DNA of 64,000 nucleotides. Source: Thermoanaerobaculia bacterium (lineage in GTDB: Bacteria; Acidobacteriota; Thermoanaerobaculia; Multivoradales; Multivoraceae). Below the pieces are notes generated by a model that was given only the letters and a program-made list of their open reading frames with translations, was not told the DNA's origin and ran no database searches. Position 1 is the first letter of the stretch. Every line of letters begins with the position of its first letter. The stretch spans positions 4,576,001 to 4,640,000 of the forward strand of contig OY762911.1 of NCBI GenBank assembly GCA_963666565.1, given 5' to 3'. The translations under genes were made by a program, and so were the position numbers. Shown here piece by piece: positions 29,958 to 39,427 of the stretch.

Positions 29958-32900
29958 ATGCCGAACCTCGAACGGGTCCTGATCAGCAACCGCGGCGAGA
30001 TCGCCATCCGCATCGCCAAGGCCGCGCAGGCCCTGGGCATGGAATCGGTCGGGGTCTACTCCGCCGCCGACTCCCTGTCGCTCCACACGCGGCTGACGAC
30101 GGAGGCGATCGAGATCGGCAACGGCGCCCCGGACGATCCCGTCGCCGCCTATCTCGACGCCGCCGGCCTGGTTGCCGCGGCCCGTGCCGGCGGCTGCGAC
30201 TGCGTCCACCCCGGCTACGGCTTCCTGGCCGAGAACGCGGACTTCGCCGAGCGGTGCGCGGCGGCCGGCCTGGTCTTCGTGGGACCGCCGCCGGCCGCCC
30301 TGTCGCTCTTCGGCGACAAGGTGCGAGCCCGCCGACTCGCGGCCTCGCTCGACATCCCGGTCGTTCCCGGCAGCGACGGACCGGTCGCGTCGGCGGACGA
30401 CGCCGTCGAACTCGGCCGCCGGCTCGGCTATCCCGTCATGCTGAAGGCGGCCGCGGGAGGAGGAGGCCGGGGAATCCGCGCCGTGCGGTCGGCCGAAGAG
30501 ATGGCCGAGGCGTTCGAGCGGTGCCGGAGCGAGGCCGAGGCGGCGTTCGGCGACGGCGCGGTGTTCGCGGAGAAGCTGATCGAACGTCCGCGGCACATCG
30601 AGGTCCAGGTCCTGGCCGACGCGGGCGGCAACGTCCTCCACCTGCACGAACGGGACTGCTCCGTCCAGTTGCGCAATCAGAAGGTGATCGAGACGGCGCC
30701 CGCGCCGGGCCTGGACGGCGACCTGCGGCGGCGCCTCCTCGCCGACGCCGTCCGGCTGATGGAGGCGGCTGGCTACGTCAACGCCGGCACGGTGGAGTTC
30801 CTCGTCGTCCCGGAGACCGGCGAACACCTCTTCATCGAGTGCAACGCCCGCATCCAGGTCGAGCACACGGTGACCGAGCAGGTCACCGGGTTCGATCTCG
30901 TGGAGGCGCAGTTCCGGATCGCCGCCGGCGCCGGGCTGGGCGACCTCGGGCTGGGCGACCAGGCGGCGGTGGGCGAGCCGCGGGGCTTCGCGGTGCAGGC
31001 GCGGGTCGTTGCTCGCGGCGCGGGAACGCTGAGCGCCTACAAGGAGCCGAGCGGTCCGGGCGTGCGGGTCGACGGCTGCGGCTACGTGGGCTACTCGCCA
31101 CCGCCGCAGTTCGATCCGCTGCTGGCCAAGGTGACGGCCTCGAGTTCGTCCTCGTTCGGGCCCGACGCCGCGGCCTTCGCGGCCGCGGTGGATCGCACGC
31201 GGAGAGCGGTCTCCGAGTTCCACGTCGGCGGTCTCGCCACGAACCTCGACCAGCTCCAGGCAATTCTCGGCCATCCGGCGGTCCGCGCCGGCGACGCGCG
31301 GACCACGCTGCTGGAAGAGAACCCCGATCTGCTCGCCGCCGGGGCCGGGGCGGGCGGCGGCGCGGGCGGCGCGGCCGCGAACGGCGCGATGACGCTGCTG
31401 CGGCAGCAAGCCACGGTGATGGGGCTGTCGGTCGCGAGCGGCGCGGGCACGCAGCCGGCGGCGCGAACGGCCGCCGCCGAACTCGACGTCGAGCCCGGCC
31501 AGCACGCCGTCGCCTGCCCGATGGCCGGTTCCGTGCTCGAGGTGCGCGTCACGGGCGGAGAACGGGTCGCCGCCGGCGACACGCTGCTCGTCGTCAGCGC
31601 GATGAAGATGGAGTCGGCCGTGGCGTCGCCCTGCGACGGGCGGATCGCGGCCATGCAGCCGCTGCAGCCGGGCGACACGGTGGAGGCCGGCCAGGTGGTC
31701 GCGGCCATCGTGCCGGCCGAGGGCGTGGCGGACGAAACGGCCGCCGAGCCCCGGGAAGACACCTGGGCGCCGATGCTCGACGACGTCGCCACGATGCAGG
31801 CCCTGGCGCACGAGCGCCTCGCGCCGGGCTCCGACGATCCCGGCGTCGTCCGCCAGCGCAGCCGCGGCAAGCTGACCTGCCGCGAGCGGATCGACCTCCT
31901 GCTCGACGACGGCTCCTTCCACGAGATCGGCAGCATCGCCGGCTTCGCCTCCTACGACGAGGACGGCGCGATCACGGCGTTCACGCCGGCCAACCACGTC
32001 GGCGGCTGGGGCCGGATCGAGGGCCGCACCGCGGTCGTCTGCGCCGACGACTTCACGTCGCGCGGCGGTCACGCGGACGGCGCCATCGGCGCGAAGAGCA
32101 GCCACCTCGACCGCCTGGCCGTCGAGATGCGGGCGCCGTCGGTCCGCCTGCTCGACGGCTCGTCCGGCGGCGGCAGCGTCGCCGCGATGGTGCCGCAGCA
32201 GCAGAAGGAGGGCGAGAGCAAGGCGAAGGAGAGCCGCGGCGCGATCAAGGCCGGGCGACCCCGGGTCGCGGGCGGCGGCGGCTCCTTCCTGCCCGGCCAC
32301 CTCGGCAGCACGATGTACGCGGAGCAACTGAGCACGGTTCCGGTCGTCAACGTGCTGCTCGGCAGTGTCGTCGGCATCGGCGCGGCCAAGGCGGTGCTCG
32401 GCCACTTCTCGGTCATGGTGCGCGACATCGCGCAACTGTTCGTCGCCGGGCCGCCCGTGGTGCGCCCCGCGATGGGCTACGACATCACGAAGGAGGACCT
32501 CGGCGGCTGGCACATCCACTGCCGCAACGGCTCGGTGGACAACCTGGCCGAGACCGAGGAGGAGGCGATGGCGCTCGCCCGGCGTTTCCTCTCCTACCTG
32601 CCCTCTTCCGTGTTCGAGCCGCCTCCGGTGGCGGCGCCGGATCCGAGCGACCCGGCCGACCGGCGCGACGAGGAACTGTTCGGGTTGATCCCGCGCAAGC
32701 GCACCGCCACCTTCGACGTTCGCCGCGCGATCCGCCTGATGGCGGACCGGGATTCGTTCTTCGAGATCGGTCCGCTGTGGGGGACCGATCAGGTCACCGG
32801 CTTCGTGCGGTTCGGCGGCCGGCCGATGGGCGTCATCGCCTCCGACAGCCGGCACGCGAACGGCGGCGCGCTCACCGCCGACGGCTGCCGCAAGCTGATC

Positions 32901-33422
32901 CGCCACCTCGACGTGTGCGACCTCTTCCACCTGCCGGTCCTGAACCTGGTCGACAACCCCGGCTTCGCCGTGGGCCTGGAGCACGAGATCACCGGCACGA
33001 TCCGCTGGGGCGGCCAGTGGATGATCGCCTTCGCCCAGGCCACCGTCCCGATCTTCACCGTCATCATGCGCCGCAGCTTCGGCGTCGCCGGCAACAACTA
33101 CGCGACTCCGCGCGCCCAACCCTCCATGCGCGTCGTCTGGCCCGCAGCCGACACCGGCGGCATCCCGCCCGAAGGCGGCATCGAGGCCGCCTACAAGCGC
33201 CAGCTCGCCCAGGCCGCGGACCCGCAGGCCTTCCGCGCCGAACTGATGGCGAGGATCGAAAGCGCCCGCGGCCCCGTCGGCCCCCTCTCCCGGTTCCAGG
33301 TCGAAGAGATGATCGACCCGCGAGACACCCGCGCCCTCATCTGCGAGTGGCTCGACACGGCGTGGAACATCGTCTCGCAGCCAGCGAGATTGAAACCGCG
33401 GCCGGTCCAGTTCCGGCCCTGA
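29958..33422 (+). CDS. Single-chain biotin-dependent acyl-CoA carboxylase (BC-BCCP-CT)
   Basis: NRGEIA, GGGGRG, ERDCSVQ, AMKM (biotin lysine) and a carboxyltransferase domain. Confidence 0.93.
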   Translation: MPNLERVLISNRGEIAIRIAKAAQALGMESVGVYSAADSLSLHTRLTTEAIEIGNGAPDDPVAAYLDAAGLVAAARAGGCDCVHPGYGFLAENADFAERCAAAGLVFVGPPPAALSLFGDKVRARRLAASLDIPVVPGSDGPVASADDAVELGRRLGYPVMLKAAAGGGGRGIRAVRSAEEMAEAFERCRSEAEAAFGDGAVFAEKLIERPRHIEVQVLADAGGNVLHLHERDCSVQLRNQKVIETAPAPGLDGDLRRRLLADAVRLMEAAGYVNAGTVEFLVVPETGEHLFIECNARIQVEHTVTEQVTGFDLVEAQFRIAAGAGLGDLGLGDQAAVGEPRGFAVQARVVARGAGTLSAYKEPSGPGVRVDGCGYVGYSPPPQFDPLLAKVTASSSSSFGPDAAAFAAAVDRTRRAVSEFHVGGLATNLDQLQAILGHPAVRAGDARTTLLEENPDLLAAGAGAGGGAGGAAANGAMTLLRQQATVMGLSVASGAGTQPAARTAAAELDVEPGQHAVACPMAGSVLEVRVTGGERVAAGDTLLVVSAMKMESAVASPCDGRIAAMQPLQPGDTVEAGQVVAAIVPAEGVADETAAEPREDTWAPMLDDVATMQALAHERLAPGSDDPGVVRQRSRGKLTCRERIDLLLDDGSFHEIGSIAGFASYDEDGAITAFTPANHVGGWGRIEGRTAVVCADDFTSRGGHADGAIGAKSSHLDRLAVEMRAPSVRLLDGSSGGGSVAAMVPQQQKEGESKAKESRGAIKAGRPRVAGGGGSFLPGHLGSTMYAEQLSTVPVVNVLLGSVVGIGAAKAVLGHFSVMVRDIAQLFVAGPPVVRPAMGYDITKEDLGGWHIHCRNGSVDNLAETEEEAMALARRFLSYLPSSVFEPPPVAAPDPSDPADRRDEELFGLIPRKRTATFDVRRAIRLMADRDSFFEIGPLWGTDQVTGFVRFGGRPMGVIASDSRHANGGALTADGCRKLIRHLDVCDLFHLPVLNLVDNPGFAVGLEHEITGTIRWGGQWMIAFAQATVPIFTVIMRRSFGVAGNNYATPRAQPSMRVVWPAADTGGIPPEGGIEAAYKRQLAQAADPQAFRAELMARIESARGPVGPLSRFQVEEMIDPRDTRALICEWLDTAWNIVSQPARLKPRPVQFRP

Positions 33423-33428
33423 CGCGCT

Positions 33429-33471
33429 GGGTGCGCGGGTCTTCCGACCCGCTTGCCGCCGGAGGCGGCCA
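33429..33471 (+). repeat. REP-like palindrome, family A
   Basis: GGGTGCGCGGGTCTTCCGACCCGCTTGCCGCCGGAGGCGGCCA. Confidence 0.85.
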
Positions 33472-33540
33472 GGAAACGCGCCGGCCGTCAGGCCGGCACC
33501 GCCCGCTGCGGCGCGAATGGGACGGCAGCGGTCAAACCCG

Positions 33541-33713
33541 CCTGGACCGGACCGAGGGGGAGGGTCCCAGGGGCCGCTCGCCCTCCAGAAGAAGACGAAA
33601 GGTCCGGGCTCGCCGTTGTCGGCTGCGTTCCGCTACGCCATCGTTTCATGGCAGGACATCGGCAGTCACTTGCCTCCGACCCCCTGGAACCCTCCCCCTC
33701 GGCCCGGTGCAGG
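33541..33713 (-). repeat. Long-stem non-coding element (33-bp inverted arms), family B
   Basis: Arms 33541-33573 and 33681-33713 pair 30/33; core GGAACGCAGCCGAC on the minus strand. Confidence 0.7.
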
Positions 33714-33753
33714 CTGGACGACGTCAGCTCCGCAGTGCAAAACGGCAACCACC

Positions 33754-33821
33754 GGGTGCGCGGGTCTTCCGACCCGCCGGGTGCGCGGGTCTTTCTGACC
33801 CGCTGCCGCCGAAGGCGGCCA
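33754..33821 (+). repeat. Two tandem REP-like palindromes, family A
   Basis: GGGTGCGCGGGTCTT(C/TC)YGACCCGC twice. Confidence 0.85.
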
Positions 33822-33975
33822 CGACATCCCCGCTGGCAAACCGGAAGGTCAGTCGCCATCGCGCGTTGATCGTCATGGAGCTTGTCCCCTTCCGCGTTCC
33901 GCTGAGGGCGTGGAGTCCATGCTCAGACGCGGCCGGGTGCAGGTCAACGCCGAACCCTCCAAGTAGACTCCGCCG

Positions 33976-34635
33976 GTGCGCTTTCCCCCACTGCCGGAAC
34001 GCCGCTACAGCATCGTGTACGCGGATCCGCCGTGGGACTACAAGGGCCAACTGCAGCACGCCGGCCCGGGCAGCGGCGACTCCGGCGGCGCGGTGCGGCA
34101 CTACCCCACCGTCACGCTGCGGGAGCTCGAGACCCTCCCGGTGCGGACCATCGCCGCCGACGACAGTCTCCTCTTCCTGTGGGCCACCAATCCGCATTTG
34201 GACCAAGCGATCGACCTCGGCAAGGCATGGGGTTTCGCCTGGGCGACGGTCGCCTTCGTCTGGGACAAGGTGCGAGTCAATCCCGGCTTCTACACGATGA
34301 GCCAGTGCGAACTCTGCCTCGTGTTCAAGCGGGGCCGCATCCCCAGGCCCCGAGGCGCCAGGAATGTTCGGCAACTCGTCACCGAACGGCGCCGCGCACA
34401 CTCACGCAAGCCGGAGGAAGTGCGCCGGCGGATCGACGCCATGTTCCCGGATCTGCCCAAGGTGGAACTGTTCGCCCGGCCAGAGGTCGACCTGTTTGGC
34501 GATGGGACGCAGAACGGCTGGGATGCCTGGGGGTTGGAAGCACGACGGCCAGCGCAACCACCGACGCACGCCAGCGCTAGCCGGCCAAGCCGCTTGCGGA
34601 AGGCCCCGGCGAGACAGGCATCACTTCGCGACTGA
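33976..34635 (+). CDS. MT-A70-family N6-adenine methyltransferase
   Basis: YADPPW, LFLWAT, FVWDK, HSRKPEE and ELFAR motifs. Confidence 0.92.
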   Translation: MRFPPLPERRYSIVYADPPWDYKGQLQHAGPGSGDSGGAVRHYPTVTLRELETLPVRTIAADDSLLFLWATNPHLDQAIDLGKAWGFAWATVAFVWDKVRVNPGFYTMSQCELCLVFKRGRIPRPRGARNVRQLVTERRRAHSRKPEEVRRRIDAMFPDLPKVELFARPEVDLFGDGTQNGWDAWGLEARRPAQPPTHASASRPSRLRKAPARQASLRD

Positions 34636-35629
34636 CCGCGACATCCGAGACGATCTCGACGCTGCTGAACATATGGGCCGCCTGACGGGACATGCGTGCC
34701 ACGGACGCCTCGAAGTACTCCGGCTCCACTTCGACACCGACGCTGTTCCGGCCCCACTTCGCCGCTGCCGACTGCGTCGTCGCGGTGCCCATGAACGGGT
34801 CGAACACGGTGTCGCCCGCGAAACTGAACATGCGGATCAACCGCTCGGCGATCTCCAGGGGGTACGGCGCGGGATGGTGCCGCGTGGATGCGCCTCCGAC
34901 TCCCTCCCAGACCTGGCGAAACCACTTGTGGTGCAGGTCGGCCGGGATCAGACTGAGCACCTTGGCCGAGGGCGTGGGCCGCCGATAGCCGCCCGGCTTC
35001 CGCTGCATGAGGATGAACTCGATGTCGTTCTTGATCACGGCGTTCGGTTCGTAGGGCTTGCCCAGGAAGGCGCCCTTGCCGCCCGTTACCTCGTAGGCCG
35101 CGTTGGCGATCTTGTGCCAGATGATCGGCGCCAGGTTGTCGAAGCCGATGCGCCGGCAGCGTTCCTGGATCGAAGCGTGCAACGGGACGACGGCATGGCG
35201 TCCGTGCCGCCGGCGCGAGAGGCAGACGTCGCCCACCACGCAGACCAGCCTGCCGCCAGGAACCAGCGCGTCGTAGCAGCGCCGCCAGACCAGGTCGAGC
35301 TGGTCCAGAAAGTCCTCGTAGTCCGCGACCGAGCCCAACTGCCCGTCGGAAGCCGGATACTCCTTCAGCGTCCAGTAGGGAGGCGAGGTGACCACAAGAT
35401 GGACCGACTCCGGCGCGAGCGGCGGCACGGCGCGGGAGTCGCCCAGGAACAGCTCGTGGCGCGTCGGCACTTCCGCGACCAGCGATTCGATCCGCGCCGT
35501 GGCGCTCGGATCCCTCGCCAGTTTCGGCAGATCCCGGCGAGGATTCGCGAAGGACCGCCAGCGCTGTGGCACCAGGTCGAGCAGCGGGTCGCCAAGGTCC
35601 CGAGCCGCCTCTGCCGGTGCCGAACTCAT
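34577..35629 (-). CDS. Site-specific DNA methyltransferase (beta class, N4-C/N6-A)
   Basis: VTSPPYW (motif IV) precedes HPAPYP..DPFMGTATT (motif I). Confidence 0.92.
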   Translation of the reverse strand: MSSAPAEAARDLGDPLLDLVPQRWRSFANPRRDLPKLARDPSATARIESLVAEVPTRHELFLGDSRAVPPLAPESVHLVVTSPPYWTLKEYPASDGQLGSVADYEDFLDQLDLVWRRCYDALVPGGRLVCVVGDVCLSRRRHGRHAVVPLHASIQERCRRIGFDNLAPIIWHKIANAAYEVTGGKGAFLGKPYEPNAVIKNDIEFILMQRKPGGYRRPTPSAKVLSLIPADLHHKWFRQVWEGVGGASTRHHPAPYPLEIAERLIRMFSFAGDTVFDPFMGTATTQSAAAKWGRNSVGVEVEPEYFEASVARMSRQAAHMFSSVEIVSDVAVSREVMPVSPGPSASGLAG

Positions 35630-35870
35630 GCCGGCGAGGGTACCACCGCCGCAGTGCCGCGATCGGACCGCCAGACGACTCCGTCCGCAGCCCATTCCGT
35701 TCCGACTCGAACACGGCACGAGCAACCGGCTCGGCCTGACTCCAGTGCCGGTGCGCCGGCCTTCCGGCCGGCATCCGTGTGGCGCACCGCTAGAGCACGC
35801 GCACGAACTCAGTTGTCGTAGACTCCTCGACTTCGCTCACCCAAGATGCGGACAGCCGAGGAGCAGCCCC

Positions 35871-36908
35871 ATGAGTTCCGAAGCAGAGAGTTACCTGGAA
35901 CGCGTAGGGAAGGAAGCCCGGGAAGCCATCGAGCGCGGCGCGGCGCCGACCCCGGAGAAGCTGTCGGTTCGCCGCCTTGTGGCCATGTTCGGCTACAAGA
36001 TGAGAGGAAAGCTGGTGGTAGCCGCGATCCGCAACGCTCTTGAGGAAAACGGACTGCGAACAAGCCCGGACTTCGAGAGCGTCTGGATCGACCGCGAGAT
36101 CTCCATTGAACTCGACCGCGAGAGCGCCAACGGGTCGGCCGGGACCGCAACGATCGAAGACCCCACGGTCCGCATCGACGCGCTCGACGCCGCGCACCGC
36201 GAGCCGACCGTCATCGATCCCGACAGTCCTCTGCGCGCCGCCACCACGCTGATGCTGCTCAACGACTATTCCCAACTGCCCGTCACGAAGAACCGCCGGA
36301 AGATCCGGGGCATGATCACCTGGAAATCCATCGGCTCGCGGCTGTCATCCGGCGTCGAGTGCAGCCTCGTCAGCGACTGCTTGAACCCCGACGTCCAAGA
36401 AGTCCGCTTGGGAACTCCGCTTCTGGACGCGGTTTCAGCCATCGCCCGACACGGCTACACACTGGTCCGGAGCTCCACGGACGAGATCGTCGGCATCGTC
36501 ACGACGAGCGACCTGAGCAGGGAGTTCCATGAACTGGCCAGCCCCTTCCTCCTGATCGGCGAGATCGAAAAGCACTTGCACTCGCTCGTGCACGGACACT
36601 TCAGGGTCGAGGAGATTCAGGCGGCACTGCCGGAGGGACTGACCGCCACCGGCACCGCCGACCTGACGCTCGGCGGCTACTGCCGGCTTCTCCAGAAACC
36701 CGCGAACTGGAACAAGCTCGGCCTCAACTTCAGCCAGAAGCAGTTCGTCGCAAGGCTGGAGGCCGTCCGGGAGATACGGAATGAGGTCATGCACTTCCGC
36801 CCCGATGGCCTGGATCCCGAAAAGCAGCAAGTCCTGCAGGGTCTGGTCGCGTTCTTCCGCCATCTCGCGCGAATGGGCGTCGTGGACACGTCGTCGAACT
36901 CGAACTGA
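35871..36908 (+). CDS. CBS-pair protein with C-terminal HEPN (Swt1-like) domain
   Basis: ATG 35871 with GAGGAG RBS; CBS motifs DYSQLPV..GMITWKSI and IVGIVTTSDL; IGEIEKHL..LTLGGYCRLL..W..RNEVMH (RxxxxH). Confidence 0.8.
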   Translation: MSSEAESYLERVGKEAREAIERGAAPTPEKLSVRRLVAMFGYKMRGKLVVAAIRNALEENGLRTSPDFESVWIDREISIELDRESANGSAGTATIEDPTVRIDALDAAHREPTVIDPDSPLRAATTLMLLNDYSQLPVTKNRRKIRGMITWKSIGSRLSSGVECSLVSDCLNPDVQEVRLGTPLLDAVSAIARHGYTLVRSSTDEIVGIVTTSDLSREFHELASPFLLIGEIEKHLHSLVHGHFRVEEIQAALPEGLTATGTADLTLGGYCRLLQKPANWNKLGLNFSQKQFVARLEAVREIRNEVMHFRPDGLDPEKQQVLQGLVAFFRHLARMGVVDTSSNSN

Positions 36909-36941
36909 CCGCGCGCAGGACGAAAGACGGAGGTTCGGAAG

Positions 36942-39368
36942 ATGCAGGAGCAGTTGTTCCGCACTTGGTTGAGGGACGTCCGAGGACTCAGCAAAGCGGC
37001 CATCCGTGACGCGGTCGCCCGGTGCAAGCGGGTCGAGAAACACGAGGGCGATCTGGATTCCCACTGGAAGGCTGACGGACTCCACGGGCTCATCGATCAG
37101 CTCACCTACTCGCGGGACGACGAGCGAGACGGCAGGCCTCCCAGGATCCCGATCAACGGTGAACACGTCCACAACACGATGGCGTCGCTGAAGTCGGCCG
37201 TTACCAACTACCGGAAGCTCCTCCACGCTCAAGCCGAAGAGAGAGTCGAAGACGTCGCTTCCGACCGGGAGCGATGGAACCGCTATCTCGAAGACGCTCG
37301 CCGCTACGTCGGAAGCGGCCTTCTGGACAGCGAGGAGGTCGACTACAAACTCGTGATCGAACGACAGCTTCAGGAAGCTCGCCGCGCCGTTCTGGAGGGT
37401 AACGATGACTCCCTCGAAGTCGTCGCGAAGGCGATCGGCAACAACCTGACCTCCACCTACGACAAGACCGGCCTGCGCAACTGGTTCACGGAGCAGCCCG
37501 CGGAAGCTCGCGAAGCTCTGCGGGTCATCTGGACTGAGGACGCGAGGCTGTCAACCGCCGATCGGATCCGCGTGTTCACACCCCTGATTCCCGACACCTT
37601 GCCCAGCGGCCGGCAGGCGCCAACCCGCGGCACTGGCACCCGCCTGAGATGGATCGCCCTTCTCCTGATGGCGCTCGACGCACGCCGGTTTCCGCCCTAC
37701 AAGGTCACGGAGTTCTCCGGGACATACGAGCGCCTTGGACATCCGCCGCCTGCGCCCGATGGAGACGAGGCTTCGCACTACGAACACGCACTGGAACTCC
37801 TCGATGAACTGGTCCGACGCGCTCGTGAGTTCGGCCTCGAACGACCGAAGGACCGCCTCGAAGCGCAGTCGGTCCTGTTCGCGGTCGCCGGAGGCAGGGG
37901 AGCCGCGCCGAAGCCCCTGGGCGACCGACCTTGCTGGTTCGTGGGCGCATCCTGGGATTCAGGCGATCAGACGGATCGGTTCGTCCGGGAGGGGATCTGG
38001 GAGAACGGATACGACGACCGTTATCTGGACCGTGTCAAGTCCATAGAACCGGGGGATCGAATCGCAATCAAGTCCTCGTACGTCACGAAACGCGGCCTCC
38101 CGTTCGCCAACAGAGGCGAGAGCATCTCCACCATGGCGATCAAGGCGACCGGCGTCGTGACCGGGAACCTGGGCGACGGTCGCAATCTCCTCGTGACGTG
38201 GACGCCCATGGAACAACCCCGCGAGTGGTACTTCTACACGCACCGGAGAACGCTCTGGAAGGTCACCCGCGACTCGGGAACGATTCCGTGGGCGGCCAGC
38301 GCCTTGATCGACTTCGCGTTCGACGGAGCAGAGCAGGACTACGACCGGTTCCTGCGGCGCTGGTACCCCGCTTGGTACGACGACCCGGAAAGCGACGACG
38401 GGCCTGACGTGCCGGCGGAAGTGGACCGCCAGCCGCTAACGGACAGCGACTTCTCGAAACTCGCCGACCAGTTGCTCTTCGACAGGGCGGATCTCCGCAC
38501 GATCGCCCGCCTGCTCGACGACAAGCTCCAGGTCATCTTCCAGGGTCCGCCCGGCACCGGCAAGACCTACGCCGCCCGCAAACTGGCGGGCTTCCTTGCC
38601 GATTCCGACGAGCGCGTCACCCTGGTCCAGTTCCACCCGTCCTACGCCTACGAAGACTTCGTTCAGGGCTACCGGCCGACCCTCAAGGGGGGCCAGGCGG
38701 GCTTCGCGCTCCGCGACGGGCCGCTGCTGCGAGCGGCCAGGAATGCGCGGAAGGAGCCCGAAGATCCGCACTTCCTCATCATCGACGAGATCAACCGGGG
38801 CAACCTGGCCAAGGTCTTCGGCGAACTGTACTTCCTGCTGGAGTACCGGGACGAGGGCATGACGCTCCAGTACGCCTCGGACGACGAAGCGCAGTTCAGC
38901 CTGCCCGAGAACCTCTACATGATCGGCACCATGAACACCGCCGACCGTTCGATCGCCCTTGTCGATCTGGCGCTCCGCCGGCGCTTCCACTTCGTCGAGT
39001 TCCACCCCGGCAAGCCGCCCATCCAGGGACTGCTGCGCCGTTGGTTGGAACGGAACGCTCCCGAGATGGACTGGATCGCCGACATCGTCGACGAGGCGAA
39101 CCGGCGGCTTGACGACCGGACCGCCGCCATCGGCCCCAGCTACTTCATGCGGAAAGGCCTCGACGAAGCCAAGGCGCGGCTCATCTGGGACCACAACGTT
39201 CTGCCGTACGTTGAGGAGTGCCTGTACGGAGAGCCCGACCGGCTACGCGACTTCGAGCTTGACGTTGCGGGGCGGCGCCTGAAGCGGCGGACCGAGAAAC
39301 ACGAGGCTGACGACGAGGAGATGCAGCGGGGGTCCGGCGAAGACGACGAAGGCGATGCGGACGCCTGA
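36942..39368 (+). CDS. mcrB: McrB-family AAA+ GTPase with extended multidomain N-terminus
   Basis: GPPGTGKT, VQFHPSYAYEDF, IIDEINRGN, MNTADRS and ALRRRF motifs. Confidence 0.93.
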   Translation: MQEQLFRTWLRDVRGLSKAAIRDAVARCKRVEKHEGDLDSHWKADGLHGLIDQLTYSRDDERDGRPPRIPINGEHVHNTMASLKSAVTNYRKLLHAQAEERVEDVASDRERWNRYLEDARRYVGSGLLDSEEVDYKLVIERQLQEARRAVLEGNDDSLEVVAKAIGNNLTSTYDKTGLRNWFTEQPAEAREALRVIWTEDARLSTADRIRVFTPLIPDTLPSGRQAPTRGTGTRLRWIALLLMALDARRFPPYKVTEFSGTYERLGHPPPAPDGDEASHYEHALELLDELVRRAREFGLERPKDRLEAQSVLFAVAGGRGAAPKPLGDRPCWFVGASWDSGDQTDRFVREGIWENGYDDRYLDRVKSIEPGDRIAIKSSYVTKRGLPFANRGESISTMAIKATGVVTGNLGDGRNLLVTWTPMEQPREWYFYTHRRTLWKVTRDSGTIPWAASALIDFAFDGAEQDYDRFLRRWYPAWYDDPESDDGPDVPAEVDRQPLTDSDFSKLADQLLFDRADLRTIARLLDDKLQVIFQGPPGTGKTYAARKLAGFLADSDERVTLVQFHPSYAYEDFVQGYRPTLKGGQAGFALRDGPLLRAARNARKEPEDPHFLIIDEINRGNLAKVFGELYFLLEYRDEGMTLQYASDDEAQFSLPENLYMIGTMNTADRSIALVDLALRRRFHFVEFHPGKPPIQGLLRRWLERNAPEMDWIADIVDEANRRLDDRTAAIGPSYFMRKGLDEAKARLIWDHNVLPYVEECLYGEPDRLRDFELDVAGRRLKRRTEKHEADDEEMQRGSGEDDEGDADA

Positions 39369-39427
39369 ACCTGGAAGGCCCGATGAAGCCCGCGACGATG
39401 ATCCGCCAACGCTGACGCCCTGAACTG

